NCBI GenBank assembly: GCA_964007795.1
Contig: CAXGCE010000001.1
Location: forward strand, 1 to 27,197
Source of the DNA: an uncultured Alphaproteobacteria bacterium
GTDB lineage: Bacteria; Pseudomonadota; Alphaproteobacteria; GCA-2731375
Direction: 5' to 3'
Length of the DNA stretch: 27,197 nt
Below the pieces are notes generated by a model that saw only the letters and a list, made by a program, of their open reading frames with translations, was not told where the DNA came from and ran no database searches. A program made the position numbers and the translations under genes. Shown piece after piece: positions 12,556-20,060 of the stretch (position 1 is its first letter; the number at the start of each line of letters is the position of its first letter).

Positions 12556-13617
12556 ATGAGAATTGAAACACTGCTACCATTAGGCAAGCTTGATCCAGGT
12601 CTGCGCGCACCGGAACAGCCGCTGGACATCGATACAGTCAGCGCGGAGGCCCGCCTTGTGGAGCAGCTCGGCTATGACCGTCTGGTAGTAGAGGAGACCA
12701 AGGATGATCCGTTTGTGATCATGGCCCTGGCGGCGGCGTCAACTGAGACCTTAGGTCTGGGAACCTCTGTTGCCATCGCCTTTCCGCGTAGTCCGGCGAT
12801 TATGGCTATGTCCGCCTGGACTTTGCAGAAGCAGTCTAAGGGTCGATTTTGTTTGGGCCTGGGCACCCAGGTGCGTGGCCACATTCGGCGCCGGTACGGT
12901 ATGGAGTGGTCTACGCCGGGACCCTGGATGCGGGACTATATTGGCGCCGTGCGGGCTATCTGGCAGTGCTGGCAGGACCGCACGCCCCTGGAATATCAAA
13001 GCAATCACTACAATCTGAACCTCATGGTTCCCCTGTTTGATCCAGGGCCCATCGCGCATCCGGATATTCCAATTGTCGTTGCTGCTGTAGGGCCGCGGAT
13101 GTGTGAGGTGGGCGGCGAGGTTGCCAATGGCATTCGTCCCCATCCCGTTTGCACGCCAAAGTATATCGACCAGGTTATGTTACCGGCAGTCAAAGCCGGC
13201 TTGGCAAGGGCGGGACGCTCCCTGGACGGTTTTGAAATCGCCATGAAACCATTGGTAGCGACGGCGCCTAACGAGGACATCTTGGCGCAACGGGTGCGAG
13301 ATGCCCGCGCCCGTATCGCCTTCTACTGTTCCACACCGGCCTATCGCCGCGCCTTCGAGATCCATGGTTTGGGCGATTTGGCGACCGAATTGGCGCAATT
13401 GTCAAAGGCTGGGCGTTGGAACGAGATGCCTGAACGTATTAGCGATGATATCCTGCACGAATATGTCGCGGTGGGTACATATGATCAGATCGGAGACATA
13501 CTGGTTGACCGTTTTGACGGCGTCGTCACCAGCATCGAATTTTCCATTGCTGCCAGAGACGAACATGTTCAGGCTACTTTGCAGGATCTGGTACAGAAAA
13601 TCCGACAAACTGGTTAG
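12556..13617 (+). CDS. Luciferase-like (LLM) oxidoreductase, resembling the putative F420-dependent MSMEG_2256-type family
   Basis: ETKDDPF, TSVAIAFPRSP, GRFCLGLGTQVRGHI, AAVGPRM, HPVCTPKY and IAFYCSTPAYR match my recollection of that LLM subfamily. TGGAG SD. Cofactor not provable from sequence. Confidence 0.8.
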   Translation: MRIETLLPLGKLDPGLRAPEQPLDIDTVSAEARLVEQLGYDRLVVEETKDDPFVIMALAAASTETLGLGTSVAIAFPRSPAIMAMSAWTLQKQSKGRFCLGLGTQVRGHIRRRYGMEWSTPGPWMRDYIGAVRAIWQCWQDRTPLEYQSNHYNLNLMVPLFDPGPIAHPDIPIVVAAVGPRMCEVGGEVANGIRPHPVCTPKYIDQVMLPAVKAGLARAGRSLDGFEIAMKPLVATAPNEDILAQRVRDARARIAFYCSTPAYRRAFEIHGLGDLATELAQLSKAGRWNEMPERISDDILHEYVAVGTYDQIGDILVDRFDGVVTSIEFSIAARDEHVQATLQDLVQKIRQTG

Positions 13618-13719
13618 GTCAAATTTGTGAATAGCCGGCGCTGGCGGTATCAATGCCGCGGCTGGCGCCCGTAACAATTGCTGTCTGGTCGACCAATTGG
13701 GGGCGATATGATTTGATTC

Positions 13720-14985
13720 TTAATCATCTCCTGCCGCCTGGCGCATTTTCTGTGCATCGAAAGTGGCGGCCTTGACAGCCGCCTTGACCACGGGCACTTC
13801 TTCTCGGGACATCGGTTGCATGTATTCCTTGCGGTTGAGGGCGGCTTCGATATAAGGCGCTAATTCCTTGGCTTTTTTGGCTTCTCTTTCCTCTACATCC
13901 CTGGTGAAGTCGGGCATAACTGTTTCGGCGAACAATTCTAGGGATTCACGAATGTTCTGATTGGTATTGCGGCCGGCCTGTTGCAAGAAGATAACTTGGT
14001 CGATGCCGACATCCTGAAAATCGCGCAAATGCCGTGCCATGTCATCGGGTGTGCCGATGCCGGCCCCGTCGTATTCTGCCCGAGACAAGGCAGCCTGAAT
14101 TAAACGATCGGACGCATCGCCACGTTTCTCTTTGAACTCGTCCCACATGTTTGAATATCCAGGCACGAAATCCTCGGCGACCAGTTTCTGCTGGGAATAG
14201 CGGAAGAACTCAAAATTGTCCTGGCCTCTGCGGATTGCCTCGGTCCTATCCTCGTGCATGGAGAATGCCGAGACCATTGCCAGGTTAGCATTAACCGACC
14301 AGCCGAGAGGCACGCACTCCTCGCTCTTGATGATATCGTAATAGATCTTGGACCAGGCTTTGGCTTCATCGGGATCAAGGAACGAGAAGGCCAGGGCGCC
14401 AATGCCGTTCTGGGCCGCTACTTTGATGGTATCGCGGTTTGTGCAGGCCATCCACAGGGGGGGATGGGGTTTTTGCAATGGTTTAGGCAGCACGTTGCGG
14501 CAGGGAAAGGAAAACCCCATGCCTTCGTAACCCGGATAAGGCGTCAGCACCATCATGTTGCAAATTTGTTCGGCAGCCTCCAGAGCCATGGCGCGCTTTG
14601 TCTTCGCCGGAATGCCAAAGGCGCCCAATTCCAGGCGAGTTGCCCCTTCGCCGATGCCAAATTCAACTCGGCCGTCAGAGAGTAAATCCAGTGTGGCTAA
14701 ACCTTCGGCGGTGCGGGCGGGGTGATTGTAATTCGGGATAACCTGACGAATGCCGTGGCCCAGGCGGATATTCTTGGTTAGTCCAGCCGCCGTGGCCAGG
14801 AAAACCTCCGGCGCCGAGGAATGAGAATACTCATCCAGGAAATGATGCTCCACCTCCCACGCATAATTGAATCCAAGCTGATCCGCGAGAACGATCTGGT
14901 CCAGTGCTTCCTTGAACAGGCGGTATTCGTCGCCCTCGTTCCAGGGGCGGGGTAGCTGCAGTTCATAAAACACACCAAAACGCAT
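13720..14985 (-). CDS. Luciferase-like (LLM) flavin-dependent oxidoreductase
   Basis: MRFGVFYELQLPRP, ADQLGFNYAWEVEHHFLDEYSHSSAPEVFLA, LDLLSDGRVEFGIG, PKPLQKPHPPLWMA. Start at ATG 14985 with GAGGAG SD; the track's 15069 start is over-extended. Confidence 0.9.
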   Translation of the reverse strand: MRFGVFYELQLPRPWNEGDEYRLFKEALDQIVLADQLGFNYAWEVEHHFLDEYSHSSAPEVFLATAAGLTKNIRLGHGIRQVIPNYNHPARTAEGLATLDLLSDGRVEFGIGEGATRLELGAFGIPAKTKRAMALEAAEQICNMMVLTPYPGYEGMGFSFPCRNVLPKPLQKPHPPLWMACTNRDTIKVAAQNGIGALAFSFLDPDEAKAWSKIYYDIIKSEECVPLGWSVNANLAMVSAFSMHEDRTEAIRRGQDNFEFFRYSQQKLVAEDFVPGYSNMWDEFKEKRGDASDRLIQAALSRAEYDGAGIGTPDDMARHLRDFQDVGIDQVIFLQQAGRNTNQNIRESLELFAETVMPDFTRDVEEREAKKAKELAPYIEAALNRKEYMQPMSREEVPVVKAAVKAATFDAQKMRQAAGDD

Positions 14986-15223
14986 GGCGTCGTACTCCTC
15001 CGTCCAATAGTAGAAGTGGCCTCCCGTGATGGCCAGCCCAGTTAAGATGCCCGAAACTATAGATACCACAAGAGATATTGGAAAGTTATGGGCGCAGTTC
15101 GCCCGGTGCTGCCCAGTTTACTGGGAACCAAAAAGATATGCAGTTATTAGCGGGAATTCTGAAGATGCGGCTAAACCAGATACTTCGCCGCTATTGTTGC
15201 TAGTATAAGCGTCATTGCCGGGT

Positions 15224-15952
15224 TTATGGAATTCCTACCATTTCGGTGCCGCTTTCAAATCGGAGAACTTCGCCGACCCAACGTTCCATGCCATCGGGTT
15301 GAATTAGGTCCTTGTACTTGGTCCAGCTAGAAACGTCGGGGAAATACAGTTCCGCCATGCCCGCATAGGGCTCAGCTGCCGGTTCCTGGCTGTGGCCGAC
15401 CACGTACCGAAAACCACCCACCGCTTCCATGGTTTTGCGCACGTTGGGGATATGAACATCCAGCCAGTGATTGAACAGTTCGCTGCTGTTTGAGCCATCT
15501 TTAAGGCAGACTAGAAACGTGACCTTGAAGAAGCCGCTGCGGGTGCAAGGGAAGGGTGGGTTCAGGGTTGGTGGATCGAGTGGAAGGTCCCCCTCCATCA
15601 CCACATATTCATGCGTCGCCCAAGGTATGTAGGGTTCCACTTTTTCTTGAAAAGTATCCTTGGGGGTCTCGCCGTGGGCAACCTTGGGGCGAGGTAACGG
15701 TTCCGGAAACCACAATTGCGCGACGCCGTCCCAAAGATGCGGATTGCCCGGCCGGGGATCAAACAATGTAGCGATATAGCGGGAGGCCTGTGGTCTGCCT
15801 GTTATTGCTTCGGCTGTATTCTGAGCGATTACGTCAGGCATGTGATTGGCGAACCAGTGGGCGATCAATTCTTCCCGCGTGGTGGTTTGACGGCGTTTAA
15901 TTAGGAACTGCATTTTTGCGCTCTTGCTTTTGGCAGGTCTTGATCCTGTCAT
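15224..15952 (-). CDS. EthD-domain protein with two tandem EthD-like repeats
   Basis: Repeat 1: FLIKRR..TREELIAHWFANHMP..WDGVAQLWF. Repeat 2: FLVCLK..ELFNHWLDVHIP..YAGMAELYF. GAGGTG SD. Confidence 0.75.
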   Translation of the reverse strand: MTGSRPAKSKSAKMQFLIKRRQTTTREELIAHWFANHMPDVIAQNTAEAITGRPQASRYIATLFDPRPGNPHLWDGVAQLWFPEPLPRPKVAHGETPKDTFQEKVEPYIPWATHEYVVMEGDLPLDPPTLNPPFPCTRSGFFKVTFLVCLKDGSNSSELFNHWLDVHIPNVRKTMEAVGGFRYVVGHSQEPAAEPYAGMAELYFPDVSSWTKYKDLIQPDGMERWVGEVLRFESGTEMVGIP

Positions 15953-15973
15953 GTCGTCACCTCTTTCTCGTTC

Positions 15974-16876
15974 TCAATAGCCTGAACGCCAAATGTCCTG
16001 GGCGGCTGTCTTGCCGTCGGCGATGGCATGGGCAATCTGACCGCCATGACCCGCGCGCACCGCTCCGGCGGCATACAGACTTGGTTGATCAGTTTTCATA
16101 TGTTCGTCCACCAACAACGCTCCACTTTCGTCACATGCTGCTGAAACAAGGCCAGTACGCGGGGCGAGACCGATAAAAGGGAATACCGCAGCCACCGCGA
16201 GGGTTTCGCTCTCGCCGCTTTCTATGTTCCGCAATTCAATTGCTTCTACGCCTTCGGCTCCCTTGATTTCCACGACCTCCGTTTGCCAACAAAAGTGCAT
16301 ATTATCCCGGTCCGCTGCCTGGCGTACAAAAGCAGGCCTGGCGCGCGGTTTAAGGCCGCGCAGGACCATGGTGACATTGGCGCATAAATTGGCCAAATGC
16401 AGGGCCTCTTGAAATGCGGCATCGCCGCCGCCGATCACGGCGACATCCTGTTCCTTGTACAGGCCGCCATCGCAAAATGCGCATTGTGAGACGCCTCTCC
16501 CGTTTAATTCCGTTTCACCCGGCACAGCCAACGTGCCTAATTCCGCTCCCGTCCCCAGGATGACATGGGCGGCGGTGATCTCACCCAGACGCCAATGATC
16601 TCCCTGCCGCGAGAGATCAGTAATCGCGACTGGGCAATAGTCTACGCCCGCTTCAAGGGCTTCGCCCAACATTGTGTTTATAAGATCCGCTCCAGAGACG
16701 CCGGTGGCGCCAGGGTGGCCGTGAATATCGCCTACGTTGATGATCAATCCGCCCAGTAGTCCTTCATCGATCAGAGCAGTTTTAAGGCCGCAGCGGGCGG
16801 CTTCTGTAGCTGCCGCCAATCCGGTAATCCCAGCCCCAATTACTGCCACTTCATAACTGTTACGTGGAATTGGCAT
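15974..16876 (-). CDS. Thioredoxin reductase-like FAD-dependent disulfide oxidoreductase (divergent TrxB family)
   Basis: VIGAGITG FAD motif, LGTGA, GRGVSQCAFCDG (CxxC at 16472-16483) and VIGGGDAAFQEA. The ATG directly abuts the upstream TAG. Confidence 0.88.
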   Translation of the reverse strand: MPIPRNSYEVAVIGAGITGLAAATEAARCGLKTALIDEGLLGGLIINVGDIHGHPGATGVSGADLINTMLGEALEAGVDYCPVAITDLSRQGDHWRLGEITAAHVILGTGAELGTLAVPGETELNGRGVSQCAFCDGGLYKEQDVAVIGGGDAAFQEALHLANLCANVTMVLRGLKPRARPAFVRQAADRDNMHFCWQTEVVEIKGAEGVEAIELRNIESGESETLAVAAVFPFIGLAPRTGLVSAACDESGALLVDEHMKTDQPSLYAAGAVRAGHGGQIAHAIADGKTAAQDIWRSGY

Positions 16877-18109
16877 CTAGATTCCTAAGGTTTGAATTTT
16901 TTTGGCGATCCGGCAGGGCGGAAAGCCCCAAGTGGGTAGGTAGGCACACTGGGGTATCGGGATGTCGCCGCCCGCGACAATGATGGTGATGTCGTCAGGG
17001 CTCTTTACGGCCGGCACCCGGTCATTGGCGACTCCCGCCTTGACCCAGGCCGGCCATTTGGTCTTTCCTGCCAAACGTGTGGGCAGCCAGGAATTTTCAA
17101 AATCTGCCGCTGTGCATCGGCCATGCTCATGTAAATAGGTTTTCACATCGGCCTTTGAAAGACCTTCGTCAGCTAAGACCTTGGCTATATGAGGCGCCAA
17201 GATCACCGTTACTTGCCCTCCATGCAGACGGGAAAAGGCGGAGGTGGCGGATGCCATGACCGTGGCGATATCGTCTAACCCGCCAGTAACGTTAATGACG
17301 CTTTCCGCCCGCTGTACGACCAGGACGCTATCATCGACAGTAAAGCCTAGTTCTTCGCGCAAACTCTCCCAGGGATTAAAGGCGTCATCCTCGGCTAGAC
17401 ACAGGCTATAGCGGCCCGGTTGTCCCAAGCCCGCGAAGGCGACCGCTGCTGGCCAACCACCGCCCAAATTATGCATGATCAACCGCACGGCCCGGCCGAT
17501 GGCTCCATTGGCTCGCCATCCCGGCCCAAGCGCACCAAATCGGCTGTTCATATGCAAGGTTTTGGCTAAGGGCCCCGACAGCATCAACAGCGGGGTGACA
17601 TTTTCATCGGTCGTTTGGACCCCGCGCAAATTGAAGGCTGGGTCTAACAGGGCTTCCGTTGCTACCATAACCACCGGCATGTGGATATCCTCACACCCCG
17701 CCATGACCGCATTGATGGCAACTTTTTCGATGGTTACTACGCCCTTCAACGGCTCTGCCTCACCGAGCACTTTGTTACGGGGCTGACCGCCGGCACGCAG
17801 CATCCCATCCACCCGGTTCGTCGTCGGGGGCACGATCGGTAGACCGTCGGTCCAGCCCCGCCGGTAGAACATCTCGTTCACCACCCCATCAGCATTTGGC
17901 CCACGTACCACTTCAATCCGTTGCCGGGGAAATGCTCCGACCTGGTTTAGACGGTCCAGGAGGCCTTGCTCTTCTGCCCGTGTCCGCAGGGTGTCATCAA
18001 TCCACTCGCCGGTGGATCGTTGGCCCGTTGGCAGCAACACCCACAAGGTCTCACCTTCACTCACACCGAGCGGCTCATCCGGCGTTGGCCAATTTATTCT
18101 GCCAGTCAT
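16877..18109 (-). CDS. Protein of unknown function, paralog of the large C-terminal domain of the upstream UGSC selenoprotein
   Basis: Shares GW(T/S)DGLPIVPP, AGC..MP, GP, GAL..G..AN..IGR and LAE motifs with 18075..19805. Start uncertain: ATG 18109, or GTG 18064 which has an SD-like GGATGAG; 18175 is unlikely. Confidence 0.85.
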   Translation of the reverse strand: MTGRINWPTPDEPLGVSEGETLWVLLPTGQRSTGEWIDDTLRTRAEEQGLLDRLNQVGAFPRQRIEVVRGPNADGVVNEMFYRRGWTDGLPIVPPTTNRVDGMLRAGGQPRNKVLGEAEPLKGVVTIEKVAINAVMAGCEDIHMPVVMVATEALLDPAFNLRGVQTTDENVTPLLMLSGPLAKTLHMNSRFGALGPGWRANGAIGRAVRLIMHNLGGGWPAAVAFAGLGQPGRYSLCLAEDDAFNPWESLREELGFTVDDSVLVVQRAESVINVTGGLDDIATVMASATSAFSRLHGGQVTVILAPHIAKVLADEGLSKADVKTYLHEHGRCTAADFENSWLPTRLAGKTKWPAWVKAGVANDRVPAVKSPDDITIIVAGGDIPIPQCAYLPTWGFPPCRIAKKIQTLGI

Positions 18110-19805
18110 TTGGCAGGCGGATTGCCCGCGCCGTTGGGAAACCGAGGATTCCGTTGTGAGAGAATACTTGGGCATTGGTACGGCCTGGATCGCCGCTCAC
18201 AGCAATCTGGATATCTTTAGAGTTACAGACGAGCGGTACCAGGCGATCGGGATCCTGGGATTCTCCATACAGTTCATTGGCTTTGCCCAATCGAGCCAGT
18301 TCGAACACGGAGCGTCCACCGGAATATAAATTAGTGAACTCGGTAATATACTGCTCGAACTTCCAGGCCGGAATGCGGGCATTTTGGAACAGCCATTGAC
18401 GCACATCGTCTTTTGACCAGCCAGCCTTAGCTATGGTTTCAGCCAATATTGGTGAGATTACTAGCAGGGGATTGTAGCTGCCATCAGCCATGCCTACGGT
18501 GAAGATCAACTGCCAGCCAGTCTGGCTGATCAGGGCATCTGCCAGATAGGGAAGCATTTCCTCCGGCGTCCGACCGAAAACCGAGGCAATGACATCCCCG
18601 CCCGTGAAACGCGAGATAGTGACCACATTGTCGCCCCGGCCATGGCCGAAGTCGGCCGCATGCGGCGGCCAGCCGATCCTGGCCAATGTGTCCTCGTTCT
18701 CAGCCAAAACGACCCGCCAGGTATTGCCGAATGTGCCCTTATCGGTCTGATGCAGGATAAAACCGGCAACATTGCGTAGGTACAACCGCCACCAACGGCC
18801 GATGGAGGTATTTGCCTGGAAGCCGTCGCGTAGCGCACCCTGTTCGTAGTTGAACTCCAGATCCTTGATGATGGGGCCATTAATGGTAATCAATGTTTCC
18901 GCGCCTGGCGTATTTCCAGAATGTTCTACGCCGTAACCTGGATCGGCCATAGCTTCAGCTAAACTAACCAATACGGGCATATACTGGGGTCGACAGCCCG
19001 CCAAAACACCGTTGACGGCCACATTCCAGATGGTGGCTTGACGGTTATCGGGGGGCAGTTGGCCGATGACGTGATCCGCAGGCAAGTCCGTGAACTCGAG
19101 AAAATTTTCCACTTTTTCCCGTGAAGGGGGCACAATGGGCAGGCCGTCTGACCACCCATTTTCATAGAAGAACCGATTGATTTCCTCAAATGTACCCTCC
19201 ATGACCATGTCCTGGGGTCCAGGTTCCGGGATCATCACAGCCGCTGGTGGGGCGGATGTAAGGTTATCGATCACATCTTTCAAAGTGACGGAAGTCAGAT
19301 TGTCCCGAAGTTCGTTGTCGGTTTGTGTATCCACGTGTCCCGGCACTTTGGCCATGGGCAGATTTGGAAGGCCTAGGCCGACGGCGGTGGTGGCCCCTTG
19401 GCCTAGGAAACCTTCACAGACGAGTGAGGAGGATGGAACTCCAGCGGCTTCGACGGCGGCTGATGCCCGCAACACGGCGGGGGTACAGCTGCCTCAACAG
19501 CCCATGCCGGATATAATGGCGTCAACCTTGTGTTCCGCCAGAGTATCCGGCAAATCGGCGATAATCTGGCCTTCTTCATGCCCGTGGGTGGAACCGAAGG
19601 TGCTATAGCCGACAAATTTCATGTCCGGATAGGCCGCTGATAATTCGGCTTGTAGAATAGGAAAAATTTCATCGCCCCGGAACAGATAGTCCCAAAGGAA
19701 GGCCACGGTCTTTCCTTCTAGGGTTTTCAGTCTTGGTGCCAAGGGCGCGATCTCAACAGTTTTTTCGCCGCGCGGCCAAAGCGCACCATACGTTTGCTCG
19801 CTCAT
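18075..19805 (-). CDS. Predicted selenoprotein, UGSC type, with in-frame TGA (19494-19496) read as Sec104; ~576 aa fusion with a large domain of unknown function
   Basis: Minus strand reads ATG GGC TGT TGA GGC AGC TGT ACC CCC = M-G-C-U-G-S-C-T-P, and both flanking ORFs are in one frame. A SECIS-like hairpin follows the TGA. ATG 19805 has a GGAGA SD, and there is no obvious SD before the track's GTG 19475. Confidence 0.85.
19455..19493 (-). promoter_or_regulatory. Candidate bacterial SECIS element
   Basis: Directly 3' of UGA: GGC A GCUG UACC CCCGC CGUGUU GCGGG CAU CAGC C GCC. Stems of 3+4+5 bp; the G/U-containing apical loop begins 17 nt after UGA. Folded by eye. Confidence 0.7.
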
Positions 19806-20060
19806 GCTCGTCTCCAAAATCTTTGAATTGTGGAAAGTTTAACGCATTTGTCGACTTGCGCCATAGAGCCAAATCCGATCGCCTAACTGCAGGAAGAATT
19901 TTTATCGCAGCTACGGTCAACCGATCGTAATCGCTTATCCCATCCATAGCCCTGTGCAGGACGGGTCAGTCCCCATAGCACCAGCAAATCCAGCTTCAAT
20001 TTGTGCAGGTCCTGCCACAGGTAAATAAATTCGCGGAGAATCTGACGGGCAATTTTTTGA

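Noticed and set aside
12347-12610. 87-aa minus-strand ORF and a nearby AAGGAGG in the mlrC-LLM intergenic region
   Set aside because: It overlaps the LLM start antisense, the SD-like sequence has no start codon at a usable spacing, and I recognise no domain in any frame.
15953-15976. The TrxB-like gene ends in TGA and is in frame with the EthD gene (TGA + 7 sense codons + ATG), suggesting a second Sec readthrough or fusion
   Set aside because: The context SGY-TGA-ERERGDD has no Cys partner, the downstream sequence is purine-rich with no hairpin, and it contains a good GAGGTG SD for an independent EthD start. In-frame spacing is expected by chance about one time in three.
18057-18077. The terminal TGA of the selenoprotein is followed by GCC GCT CGG TGT GAG TGA (U-A-A-R-C-E) and a small hairpin
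   Set aside because: The hairpin loop is only ~7 nt from the UGA, too close for a typical SECIS, and the extension would be only 6 residues. Treated as a true stop.
19494-19496. Reading the TGA as a nonsense mutation, making the gene a pseudogene or two separate genes
   Set aside because: Less likely because the stop falls exactly in a UxxC-type motif, is followed by a SECIS-like stem, and the downstream ORF has no obvious SD. It is not excluded without seeing the sel genes.
19910-19983. tRNA-like appearance on the + strand: 74 nt, GCTACGG/CCATAGC acceptor-like pairing (6 of 7) ending in A-CCA
   Set aside because: No T-loop TTCRA, no D-loop GG and no foldable anticodon arm. Judged coincidental; tRNAscan-SE or ARAGORN would settle it.
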